Of a stretch of 64,000 bases of DNA, positions 16,592 to 29,205 are shown piece after piece. Position 1 is the stretch's first letter, and every line of letters starts with the position of its first letter. The stretch comes from Octopus vulgaris (Eukaryota): assembly GCA_951406725.2 (NCBI GenBank), contig OX597836.1, forward strand, positions 38,874,001-38,938,000, read 5' to 3'. Made by a program: the position numbers and the translations under genes. Under the pieces are notes generated by a model. The model made no database searches and was not told where the DNA came from. It saw only the letters and a list, made by a program, of their open reading frames with translations.

Positions 16592-17180
16592 CAGACGGCA
16601 TTCTGCACAGTGTTTAAGTATCAAGTTTCATTCACAAGGTTTGGGACGACTCGAGCCTATGATAAAAGACACTTGGTCTAGAAGCTACGGAATGGGATTG
16701 AACCAATGAACGTGTATTTGTGAAATGAGCCCCATATTTACCCGAGACTATTTCCGCAACGGAAGGCCTTCTCGCATCCAAGCATACTCGAACAACGTGC
16801 GGTGGTAAGAATTTTGCTTCTCGACCATGTGTTTCTGGTGCAGGCACACTACGCGGCATCTTGGACAAGTGTCTTCATTACATTTATCAGACGGCATTCT
16901 GCACAGTTTCGAAGTATCAAGTTTCATTCACAAGGTTTGGGACGAGTCGAGCTTTTGATAAAAGACACTTGGTCTAGAAGCGACGGAATGGGATTGAACC
17001 AAAGAACGTGTATTTGTGAAATGAGCCCCATATTTACCCGAGACTATTTCCGCAACGGAAGGCCTTCTTGCAATCCAAGCATACTCGAACAATGTGCGGT
17101 GGTAAGAATTTTGCTTCCCGACCATGTGTTTCTGGTGCAGGCCCACTACGCGGCATCTTGGACAAGTGTCTTCATTACAC
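16592..17180. repeat. Tandem duplication of a ~295-bp composite unit (inverted SINE A head + spacer + forward SINE A head)
   Basis: TCAGACGGCATTCTGCACAG recurs at 16592 and 16887; the spacer ATATTTACCCGAGACTATTTCCGCAACGG also occurs at 18512. Confidence 0.88.
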
Positions 17181-17396
17181 ATGACTTAGATTAAAGGACA
17201 CGTCTGAGGAGGTCGAAGTGTACTGTGCGCATGAAACTTTAAGTAATATGGAGATGAGTCAAACTGTTATTAAATACTATTACTCCAAGTAAATGAATTG
17301 AGTGATACTTCTTTCCGCTTATTTATTTACTCACGAGAAAGTAAAGGTTCTTATGAAATACATAACAAGTGAAAATATACATATCATCGACAAAGA

Positions 17397-17775
17397 TCTC
17401 TCTATATATAAACGGCAGTTTGTCTGTGTGCGTGTCTGTGTGTCTGTTAGGTTGTACCCTCACCCTGACCACGGCTTTCAACCGATTCTGATGAAACTTG
17501 ACACACACATAGCCCAATGTCATAATTCAAAACTAACGCAGCGAAAATTTTGTTTTCCCAGTTCTGAAAAAGATCGATAAATTCGACATGGGGTCGACAA
17601 TCAGAAACACAAACCACAGATGGTCTAGGGGACGCAACTCGACCTTTTTAACTCTCAAAAAAAATTTACCATCATTTTTTAAATATTTTTTTGCTATTTT
17701 TTGGCTATAACTCTCTAAAAATGCTTTATAGTTATTTCCCTTACAAACCCGAGCAACGCCGGGCGATACTGCTAG
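17397..17775 (+). mobile_element. Non-autonomous Helitron, complete
   Basis: 5' TC (TCTCTCTATATATAAACGG) preceded by A; subterminal hairpin CCCGAGCAACGCCGGG; 3' CTAG followed by T; no TSD. Confidence 0.9.
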
Positions 17776-18732
17776 TATTTTATAAATAACAAGAACTTCC
17801 ATTATGCCTGCATGCAGACATATTGTCAGAGTGGTTCTCCGACTGACAGGGAATCGACGGGAGCGAAGTGATGTTTCTCTTTATTGATTGAGATAGACGA
17901 CCAATGATGATCTTTAGCGGACAACACCAGAAGTAAATTAGCCTTAAGTGGCTGATCACCGATTGACCAAGAACAGACTAAGGATTAATTAGCAATAGCA
18001 GCAGTAAACGGATTTTAGTTCAGAATGTGACAACATGAAGTCTTCTTCGTTGGTTAAAAATAGTCATTTGACGAAGAAAATCGATCACACCGGGGAAGTG
18101 AATTTTTTATTTATTTTGCTTTTGACAAATATAAACATTCGTTACAAACGGATGTCAGAATAATGCATTTATTGATTACACAAACACAAACATACATACA
18201 AACACAAACATACATACACACACATGTACAGTCATGCAAAGTCACATTTAACAACTTCAAGTGCACTCGGATGTGAGAAGGCTTACCACTGCGCAAGCAG
18301 ACACAGGAGATTATTGAAAATTCTCCTCTTAAATGTCCTCGGCGTAAACACATTGAGCTATAAATGACGTCATTGGAAGGTACGTCACATGCGTTCCTGC
18401 GTTCTGATATTCATAGCAGTTGATATGAAAGAACGCAGATACATGTGCCCCATGATCTAGTGATGTCATTTGAAGCCTAATGTGTTTCCATACATGCGAT
18501 CTAGGAGGAGAATATTTACCCGAGACTATTTCCGCAACGGAAGGCCTTCTCGCATCCAAGCATACTCAAACAACGGGGTAAATATGATTTTACACGAATA
18601 CATCACAGTCAACACTACATCGTGCGGTGGCAAGAATTTTGCTTCCCGACCATGTGGTTCTGGGTGCAGGCCCACTGCGCGGCATCTTGGGCAAGTGTCT
18701 TCTACTATAGCCTTGTGAGTGTAAGAAGCCCG

Positions 18733-18859
<127 letters not shown>

Positions 18860-18865
18860 TGTATA

Positions 18866-18944
<79 letters not shown>

Positions 18945-18954
18945 GTATGTATGT

Positions 18955-18989
<35 letters not shown>

Positions 18990-19569
18990 ATTTTGGATTA
19001 TCGCCGATTGAATTTTGAATATGAATAATAATTTTATTTCTGAACATTTATTTTCCAATTTAGATTTTTTTAATAAAAAGTCAAATGAAAAAAAGACGCA
19101 GTTAACCCGAAAATATATTGCAGAAAACAACTTCAATGCAATTATTCTACGAATTTTATCTTGAGAATTGTTTGTTTTTCGGTCAATATACTTTCGACAA
19201 GTGTCTTTTCGTTAAATTTTCTCTATTCCATATGCATGTATTTGTGTATGTATGTATGTATGTATGTATGTATGTATGTATGTATGTATGTATGTATGTA
19301 TGTATGTATGTATGTATGTATGTATGTATGTATGTATGTATGTATGTTTGTATGGATGTTTGTATGTTTGCATGTATGCATGTATGTTTGTATGTATGTT
19401 TGCATGTATTCATGCATGTGTGTATATATGATGTATGCATGTATATATATGTGGGTGTATGTATGTGTATATATGTATGTCTATATATATGTGTATATAT
19501 ATGTATATATATATATGTACATACATACATACATACACACATACATACACACATACATACATACATACA

Positions 19570-19658
<89 letters not shown>

Positions 19659-19662
19659 ATAT

Positions 19663-19860
19663 TTAATCCAAACATGAAAACACAAAGAGAAAACACAACA
19701 ACGCGAGGACGTGGAACAAGTATAGTGTTATTCGAAGCTCAGGAAAGGAAAGAAAGAAGGGGGATTTAACGTTTCGAGCTGAGCTCTTCGTCAGAAACAT
19801 AGGAAAAGGAAAGATCCAAGGAAAGACGGAGGCAAACAAATCGTCAACGATACACACACG
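19663..19860 (-). mobile_element. Short Penelope-like terminal-repeat element with hammerhead motif, 3' end at (TA)n
   Basis: Carries CTGACGA..GAAACGT on the minus strand and runs into (TA)n at 19662. Confidence 0.6.
19764..19798 (-). ncRNA. Candidate minimal type I hammerhead ribozyme
   Basis: Minus strand reads GTTT-CTGACGA-A-GAGC(TCA)GCTC-GAAAC-GTT-AAAT: intact core boxes, 4-bp stem II, palindromic ACGT in place of stem III, short stem I. Confidence 0.65.
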
Positions 19861-19876
19861 GTCACACAAACACACA

Positions 19877-20060
19877 CTAGCCACTACACACATTTTTTTT
19901 CTCTCCTTGATTCTCTCCTTGTTTTTTCTGTGCCCCTTTCTGTAGAAGAGCGTAGAAGAACTTAAAAGCCTTTTTCTATTCCTGAGCGTTATACTAATAC
20001 ATCTGTTTGTTTTGTACACCACCTGTCTTCATCTTTTGTTTTTTTCGTAAACTCTCCCTA
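19877..20060 (+). mobile_element. Short Penelope-like terminal-repeat element, second subfamily, 3' end at (TA)n
   Basis: TAGCCACTACAC..CTGTAGAAGAGCGTAG..TACTAATACATCTGTTTG..CGTAAACTCTCCC-(TA)n; homologous to both arms at 55221-55623. Confidence 0.65.
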
Positions 20061-20071
20061 TATATATATAT

Positions 20072-20116
<45 letters not shown>

Positions 20117-20356
20117 GAGAGAGACAGACAAATAGATAGATAGATATCCCACCACCTGACAACCGCTGATCATGTATGTACGTCCTTGTATGATAGCAGT
20201 TCGTCGAAAGAGACCGATAGAATAAATAACAGGATAGGCTTTAAAAATATAAAAGCTATAATGGAGGCGATTCGTTCGGCTGTAAATATTCAAGGCGGTG
20301 ACCCAGCATGGCCGCAGTCCAATGGCTGAAAAAAGTAAATGATGATAAAATGAAAG

Positions 20357-20759
20357 ATAGGAGTGGCTGTGTGGTAAGTAGCTTGCTTACGAACCACATG
20401 GTTCCGGGTTCAGTCCCACTACGTGGCATCTTGGGCAAGTGTCTTCTACTATAGCCTCGTGCCGACCAAAGCCTTGTGAGTGGATTTGGTAGACGGAAAC
20501 TGAAAGAAGCCTGTCGTTTATATGTATATGTATATATATGTGTGTGTGTTTGTGTGTCTGTAGTTGTCCCCCCAGCATCGCATGACAACCGATGCTGGTG
20601 TGTTTACGTCCCCGTAACATTAGCGGTTCGGCAAAAGGAACCGATAGAATAAGTACTGGGCTTACAAAGAATAAGTCCTGGGGTCGATTTGCTTGACAAA
20701 AGGCGGTGCTCCAGCATGGTCACAGTCAAACGACTGAAACAAGTAAAAGAGTAAAGAGT
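20357..20759 (+). mobile_element. SINE family A
   Basis: Family A head, body and tail; an older tail fragment lies at ~20155-20340. Confidence 0.9.
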
Positions 20760-21402
20760 ATATCTCCCTCGCCACATCCAACATCCTTTTATATGATTTA
20801 CCTGGATGCTCTCTGCACCATTTCTCACTGCACACACCGATCTCTCCCTAGCTCTCCCTTAGTCACTATCCATTTGTCAGTTTCTTATCTTTTTATCTCC
20901 TACCTGTTTTCTATTCACAAATACAAGATGTACGATAACTCTAACCTAATAAAATCGTTGGAAGATGCATTTTTTTTTAAATAAAAAAAATTCAGAGCCA
21001 TGTTAAAAATACGGAGTGAATAGAGCAAATATTTGTTGCCTCATAAACAATTTGGGGAAATTTTAATATGAAAATATTCCTCACGTTTCTAACGGATGTA
21101 AGAAAGAAAAAAAAACGAAAAAAAGACCGAGCCACTAAGAAAAGAAAAAAAGAAGCAAAAAGCGAAAAAGATTAAGAAATATCTACCGAAGCTTCAAGAG
21201 AGATGAATATAAATAAGAGGATATGGAAATATGGAGATATTTCGGAGATTATTATTGTTATTTATGGGAGGTGAATTTCAATATGTCGGAAAAATCAGAA
21301 CACGAAAACAAGAAATGTATAAACTAGGGATATATGCATGTATGTATGTATGTATGTATGTATGTATGTATGTATGTATGTATGTATGTATGTATGTATG
21401 TA

Positions 21403-21435
<33 letters not shown>

Positions 21436-21743
21436 ATGTGTGTGTGTATGTATGTATGTATGTATGCGTGAATGTATGTATGCATTTATGTATGTATGTA
21501 TTTATGTATGTATGTATATATGTATGTATTTATGTATGTATGTATGTATGTATGTATGTATGTATGTATGTATGTATCTCTTTCTCTGTCTCTCTGTCTT
21601 TGTCTCTGTGTCTCTGTCATTGCCTCTCTGTCTTCTCTTTCTCTCTCTCTCCTCTCTCCCCCTATCTCTATCTCTCTCTATATATATATACATACACACA
21701 AATATACATACATACATATATATATATTTATATACACAAATAT

Positions 21744-21780
<37 letters not shown>

Positions 21781-21922
21781 CATACATATGTATAAATGTG
21801 CATGCATACAAATAATATATATGTATAGATATACACACAAATACACATGCATACTTATGTATATATATATGCATGAATACATATATAATATATAAATATA
21901 TATATATATAAGCTTGTATACA

Positions 21923-21957
<35 letters not shown>

Positions 21958-22093
21958 GCATGTATACATATGTATGTATATATATATGTATATATATGCA
22001 TGTATATACATATATATGTATGTCTATATACAAATATATATATATATATGTATACATACATACATACATGCATATATATATATGTGTGTGTGC

Positions 22094-22175
<82 letters not shown>

Positions 22176-22781
22176 TTCTAACTGTACATACATCTATGTA
22201 TATGTAAAGACGGAAATAGCAGCCGATCTTTCTCTAATAATGCACCAGTATGTTAGAATATAAAGCACGGACAGGGGTTCATGTAGTCATAAATATTTCA
22301 ATGCCTGATTAATGAATGTGATCGTCGCAGTTGGGTCATTTTTGACCTGATCAAGGCGAGCATGAGTTTAACAAAAATGATATCTACGCACACACACATA
22401 CACACTCGTACATGGACACCAAATACATCCTCAGCACACACAGAGTACATTCGTCTATATACTGAAATATGTTTTTTTAACATGTTCTTGTAAACTAGAA
22501 CGTGGTAGGCATTCGCTGCACGACGGGATCTTGTCTCAGAAGATAACTCATTTTCATAGTGTTTGTATGTTACATCTACAATAATTCGAGCTCCGAGTCA
22601 CGAGGCAGATTATTAGACACGATGTTTCGATGTGATTTCGCCTCCTCAATAGCTGTCACCGTCTCGGTTGTCTACTGCTAGGTAGTAACTTTTGTTTTTC
22701 TACACAAACACACAATGCCTGAAGAGTGAAAATTTTCTTCGAGATAAAATCCAGCAGCGAATGTCTTTTCTGTTCTACTGT

Positions 22782-23180
22782 ATAGGCGCAGGAGTGGCTG
22801 TGTGGTAAGTAGCTTGTTTACCAACCACATGGTTCCGGGTTCAGTCCCACTGCATGGCACCTTGGGCAAGTGTCTTCTACTATAGCCTCGGGCCGACCAA
22901 AGTCTTGTGAGTGGATTTGGTAGACGGAAACTGAAAGAAGCCCGTCGTATATATGTATATATATATGCGTGTGTGTGTTTGTGTGTCTGTGTTTGTCCCC
23001 CTAGCATTGCTTGACAACCGATGCTGGTGTGTTTATGTCACCGTTACCTAGCGGTTCGACAAAAAAGACCGATAAAACAAGTACTGGGCTTACAAAAGAA
23101 TAAGTCCCGGGGTCGAGTTGCTCGACTAAAGGCGGTGCTCCAGTATGGCCGCAGTAAAATGACTGAAACAAGTAAAAGAA
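22782..23180 (+). mobile_element. SINE family A, full length
   Basis: TAGGCGCAGGAGTGGCTGTGTGG ... ACTGAAACAAGTAAAAG. Confidence 0.92.
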
Positions 23181-23973
23181 AAAAAGAAAAAAAAGAAGAA
23201 AAAGAAAATAAGGAAATGTTAAAAGTAAATATCCACAGGTTTATTATGACATTTGCTGTTTCTTGTGCTTATGACAAATTAATTCTAGCTTGCAAGCCCT
23301 AGCAGACACAAGCAAATGTATTGTTGATCGATTTTGTTATAAAAGATGATTTTTATAATTTTGGATCTGCTTCCAGCTGAGCCCATTACGTATAAAATGT
23401 TTAAAATCTGTATAAAATCCCTCTAAGACTGTGAATTACCCATCAGGGACTTCAGTGAACTTTTTATATAATACCACTATTTCAGCTAATCTTGAAGAAA
23501 GGAACAAACATCTTTTTGCAATAAGGCATGTTTGCTGGTGAGAAATCTTTCTCTGTGCCATAGAAGTAAATATTTTCACTTTTAGGTGTGAAGATGGTTT
23601 CGTTGCAAGAATTTCGATTGCAGCAAATGTTCTCACCAAATTTAAACGTTTTAAGATCCCAGAGCGCCTTTTATTTGCGACGATCATCAACTAAGCAGAA
23701 AATCAGTCTCAAAATCTATTGGAATCCCGTAATTTTCTCATGGGTGACTTCTAAATTTTATTTTCTCTCCCTTAATTGGAACCTATAAAATTCATTCTCC
23801 TAAGATTCTGACAGAAGATCTAAGAATACTGTATATACCCAAGAATTGCAATACGCATTGGGAAAAATTTCTGATTAGAAAAATGATTAATTTCAAGTAA
23901 TTATGCAAATTAGACTATTATCTTGAAAACTTATGTTCCATATATATTTACATGTACTTATATGTATATGAGG

Positions 23974-24028
<55 letters not shown>

Positions 24029-24029
24029 G

Positions 24030-24092
<63 letters not shown>

Positions 24093-24432
24093 CTACATAT
24101 ATATATGTATGTATTTGTATACATACATAGAGGAATAAAATTAGTTTTGTATTTCCCTATTTATATTGCTTTTGCGCATTTTTACTCACCTCATTTTGAA
24201 CCATCTTCTAAATTGCTTGGATGCAATAAATTTGAGTAAATCAATATTCTCAGACAAGCTGAAGATCGTTTTTCTTCAAAAGTAACTATTTAAAGCAATT
24301 TATACAAAAATACAGTGTATTCATGAAACTGCATTTATTTTTAGGTATTAATAAACCCTGAGAAAGTTCGGGCAGTCAGGTACTGTTTCTTGTATACATG
24401 CATACGTACATACATAATATACTTATACATAC

Positions 24433-24498
<66 letters not shown>

Positions 24499-24917
24499 CA
24501 CATATATATATATACATATATATATATGTATATATATATATATGTATTTAAGTATATATTACAGTTACACATATATGTCTGTTTTTGTATGTGTGTAGCT
24601 AAATATTAGCATCATGACATTTTGTAATGGTATCTTGCAGCTATCTATTTTGCAGTCATTTATTACGTAGACTTGTCTGCACTGTCATTAGTTGTATGTG
24701 TGTGCAATTATTTATTGTGGGATACAGTTATTGGCTCTGTGTGTGTCTATAACCTTGCTGTTATTATTAATTATTATTTAACTTGTGTGGGTAAGTGTCT
24801 GGGTATGCCAGTTGTATAGACTTGTTACTCTCGAGACATCTACGATTCTGCTACAAGTAAACAAACATTATAATACTCTCCAATAGCTATTTACCTAAGA
24901 CTATAAAAGCAATGTTT

Positions 24918-25318
24918 ACTACTTACTTAGTTGTGGCGACATTCACCCTGGGCGGGTTGAGTCGGCTTCTTCTACCACCCTCGAGGCATCTCGAACCATG
25001 GCAGTGGAAGAAGTTTCGTGGGAATATGAATTTCACAAGCGGTCCCCGTCAATCCCGCATGTAGAGACATCCTGTTTGCCGCAGATTGTCTGCAGACGCA
25101 GGGACAGAACGACCGAGGAGCCGCCGGTTGCCGAAACAGACACTCCGAGGATTTTCACCAGAGCCCCGTCTGCCGGGTTGTGGCCCTAATACCACTCGGT
25201 GTCTGACCAATCCGCCTTGGGTGGCCCTACCAGGAACCGAAGTTCCGGACGGCATAGCTCTGACACTACCCGTTACCAGCGTCCCCACCACGGTGAGGAG
25301 GGGATGGACTTTGGGGAC
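24918..25318 (-). mobile_element. RTE-derived non-autonomous bipartite retroposon
   Basis: Minus strand has the RTE 5'-UTR motif GAGCTATGCCG..CCTGGTAGGGCCACCCAAGGCGGA and a (TAAG)n-type tail; 9-bp TSD GCAATGTTT at 24909 and 25319; GC-rich against the flanks. Confidence 0.75.
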
Positions 25319-26109
25319 GCAATGTTTCGGTAGAAACGAGTACAAAAATTTACATTCCGTTCAACAACAGAATTTTGTTACTGGCGGCCATCTTTGCTAA
25401 CATCCTCATTTTTGAAGTAGAGTCAGAATTTAGGCAACTGACGAATGTTGGCTGACTACATCTCATAACAAGAAACCCAATGTATTTGCAAATTAGACTA
25501 TTATCTTGAAAACTTATGTTCCATATATATTTACATGTACTTATATGTATATGAGGTATATGTATGTATATTATTGTTATTATTGTTATTTATGGGAGGT
25601 GAATTTCAATATGTCCGAAAAATCAGAACACGAAACCAAGAAATATATAAACTAGGGATATTTGTATGTATGTATGTATGTATGTATGTATGTATGTATG
25701 TATGTATGTATGTATGTATGTATGTATGTATGTATGTATGTATTTATGTATGTATGTATGCATGTATGCATGTATGCATGTATGTATGTATGTATGTATG
25801 TATAATATACAATAATAAACATTATTTTATACTTTACATCAAGTGTAGGATACATTTCTCCGCTTCACACCACAAACGCAATTGAGTCTCGCTGAGGGTT
25901 TCAAGCTAAGTGACTCCTTCAGCGATTTGAAAATACATCGCCAAATCTTCGGAGATAGACAAAGCCACATCTTCGATGAGCATAGCAACTAAAATACTCT
26001 ATAATAGGAGATTTAACGAGAAAATAAAACACACATTGAGAAGACCGAAGAAGAAAGAGTAATTCTAGAAAATATGTGAATTCATCTTTAGAGGATAATG
26101 ACGGGATTA

Positions 26110-26455
26110 AAGACACCTTTCAGTCAGGAATGATCATGGGATTTGGGATTGCACCTATGAAATTATCCCCCGAGGCGCATGCTCGGGTAAAGATCTTTGT
26201 TGAAGACCAGCAGTTGCTCAATCATACAAGTCTCCCCTTTTCTCGCCACAAATGTTGTCCAAGGGAAAGGCAAAGGGGCCGATACAGCTTGTCACCATTG
26301 ACGTCGCAACTCATTTCTACAGTTGAGTGAACTGGAGCAACGTGGAATAAAGCGTTTTGCTCAAGGTTACAACTCACAACCCGGTCCAGGAATCGAACTC
26401 GCAACCTCACGAATGTAAGTCTGATGTTCTAACCACTGAGTCATGTGCTTTCACA
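26110..26455 (-). mobile_element. tRNA-derived SINE, family E
   Basis: Matches 40340-40705 (CCAAGGGAAAGGCAAAGGGGCCGATACAG..GACGTCGCAACTCATTTCTAC); head has B-box GTTCGATTCC. Confidence 0.8.
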
Positions 26456-26485
26456 ATGTTGGGATTAAATAAGGTAAAAGCCCCA

Positions 26486-26884
26486 CTCTTTTACTTGTTT
26501 TAGTCATTTGACTGCGGCCATGCTGGAGCAACGCTTTCAGTCGAGCAAATCGATCCCAGGACTTATTCTTTTTAAGCCTAGTACTTATTCTATCGGTCTC
26601 TTTTGCCTAACCGCTAAGTTACGGGGACGTAAACACAGCAGCATTGGTTGTCAAGCGATGTTGGGGGGACAAACACAGACACACAAACACACACACATAT
26701 ATATATATACATACATACGACGGGCTTCTTTCAGTTTCCGTCTACCAAATCCACTCACAAGGCTTTGGTCGGCTCGAGGCTATAGTAGAAGACACTTGCC
26801 CAAGGTGCCACGCAGTGGAACTGAACCCAGAACCATGTGGTTCGTAAGCAAGCTACTTACCACACAGCCACTTCTACGTCTATA
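26486..26884 (-). mobile_element. SINE family A, full length
   Basis: Reverse complement of family A. Confidence 0.92.
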
Positions 26885-27229
26885 GATTTGATGACGGTCG
26901 AAATCGACACGATTTAATAATGCTTGCTATTTTAAGCACAAGGCCTGTATGTGTAAGTCGATTACATTGAGAATGTGTAAGTCGATTACATTGACCCCAG
27001 TTCTCGACTGGTACAACTCCGAAAGGATGAAAGGCACAGCTGATCCTGGCTGCATCTGAATTCAGAACGTAAAGATGGAAGATATGCCGCTAAGCCTTTT
27101 ATCTCGCGCAGTAACGTTTTATCTCGCGCAGTAACGTTTTATCTCGTGCAGTAACATTTTGAAAAAATACGATTTAATAATACAAGCAATAGATTTCAGA
27201 ACACTCAATGAATTCCTACACCACTCACA

Positions 27230-28760
27230 AAATTCTTCAAATATATTTTGTAAGAGCAGACGATATTAAAAGCAGTGTATGCAGCCGACACTTAATAAAC
27301 GGCTAATGCAATACAAACACCTATAAGAACTCTAGTATGCACACGGATAGTAGAAATAATGCAATCAAAGTAACTGGCTGCAACATTGAATTTAGACGAT
27401 ATGTTGAACGGCTTGATACGCACAAACCGTTTGTGAACTACAAGCACAAAGAAAATTTCTTCTAGATGATAGGTCTATATTAATATACCCTGTGAAATTT
27501 AAATTAGATATTGTGAACTAGGTGAATACCAGATGCTATTATCTTACGAAAGTAAGCAGCCTATAATTTAACAAAGTGGATACGTATCAGCAAGACATCT
27601 GAGCGATTCAAAAGTTATTGCTTGATAAATCCTAACTGTAGGATTATACAAATTGACAAAGTATAATTCCACCCGTCGCCGTTCAGTCGCCATCACAGAA
27701 TGTAACATTCATATAATTATGAACGCCAGGAAGTCAGGGTTATTTTAACACCAATTCGTACTAAGTGATGAAAAGCTACAAGGGGTTCTTTGACCAGGCA
27801 TACGTTGCTGGCATTGTGGGCCTATATATTTTAAATATGCGCAAAATGAAGTAGGAAATGCGAGGACAGAATCGTATGAAGACAAACGTGCAATGAAAAT
27901 CTCGTATTAGAAAGATGTACAATTTTTAGAAACTCATTAGAATATCCAATACAAACACCTATAAGATAAGAACTCCAATCAATACGATCTTAATATTGCA
28001 ATAAACACAAACCTAAAAATAGGCAACTATCTAAGAATGTAAACACTATCAACCACTACTCATTCTATAAAACAAATGAGGAAACCACCTAAATAAAGAA
28101 AGGCTAAACTTCCCTCTAAGTTATTAAGCGTATTATTAGTAATGTTAGTAGACGTATCTCTAAGTTATTCAAAGAGAAGACTGTATTTAACAAAGCCACC
28201 TCATTTATTTCTGTCCTATTGAGTTGTGACTTAAATGAAAGAATAGTTAGTGGAGTCAATTTCCACTAAAACCAACAGATGTAAGTGTAGAAAAAATTCA
28301 TATGGTTTCATTACCGTGAAATATGATCGTAACTACTATGAGATATAGTTTCTTAAATCTAACTGACGTACATTCCTTTGAAACCCATTGCAATAATAAT
28401 ATCTTAATGGAGCATGATGAAAGTCAGCTATTGTTATCAAGGAAATATGATTTTTAGTCACAATAAAGAGGTCAGAAGTAACACTTCCGAACTTGTTGGA
28501 ACATTTTAAACGTGACCACCTTCAAGTCTCGACAAATGCAATACGTTTAGAAACAGAGACAAAAAAAAAAGCAACTCTAGCTTGCTTTCAAACATTGTCA
28601 GTTGCACGAAAGGGATCTGAAGGAACCGACTATCAGGCAAAATAGAAATGTACAATTGGTGGAGTAAAACAAGTGTAAGGAATGCACCAAGGAAAACTGA
28701 AGACGCTTTACCAGAAAACAATGTGAATAAGAGCGAGGAAACATTTTTCCTCTTCCCATT
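27230..28760 (+). pseudogene. Decayed Penelope-like element ORF (RT plus C-terminal region; Naiad/Chlamys-like motif order)
   Basis: Hand translation across stops and frameshifts gives collinear motifs KHKENF (~27442), IIQIDKV*FHPS (~27643), GS/DQAYVAGIVGLYILN (~27783), IAINTNLKIGNYL (~27995), RRISKL..VFNKA (~28148), IWF (~28299), KVSYC (~28419), KCKECTKE (~28671). These match PLE consensus HKENF, FIQFDIxxFYPS, MGSxDGAEVCELVGLYIL, TNLKIVNFL, IIWFNPP, KVSYSC, CxLCxxEK. Confidence 0.75.
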
Positions 28761-29170
28761 TCAGAAAGCCAATCAAATATCAAGTCTTTAAGCATATCCC
28801 GGTTAAGATCAACGCCAAATGCAACCTGGGTAAACATCTGCTTGCCCTTTCACCACAACTTTCTCTCACTCTTTCTTCCTACTTCTGCCATAAAGCAGAA
28901 GAACTATGGTGTAATCCACTATGGTGTGGTAAACTTTCAGACCCTAGTCTAGATTGCGAATCCTCTGTACCCCAGGATGGTTCAGCTCTCCACCCGTTAA
29001 AAGCCACCATTTACGGAATTAGGATAACAACGTAGCTTTCGCGCCCGTGCAACTGCCAGTCTATCGCGTCTGGTGAGTGGATCTTCAAGTTGCCGCACGC
29101 ACTCTTAGTAGCTTAGAGTAGGCTCGAATTAGAGATTATTCTTTGTGGTTAATGGCGTGAGACCTGAATA

Positions 29171-29205
<35 letters not shown>

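Noticed and set aside
23330-23800. Possible L1/Tx1 remnant on the minus strand (EVPDG resembling PGPDG)
   Set aside because: A single weak motif with no collinear support that I could read.
24594-25460. Possible solo LTR (TGTAG...CTACA) hosting the RTE element
   Set aside because: No TSD, PBS or PPT found; the termini could be chance.
26508-26885. Recurrent peptides [29 protein letters not shown] / DGLLSVSVYQIHSQGFGR
   Set aside because: Antisense translation of SINE family A, not a protein family.
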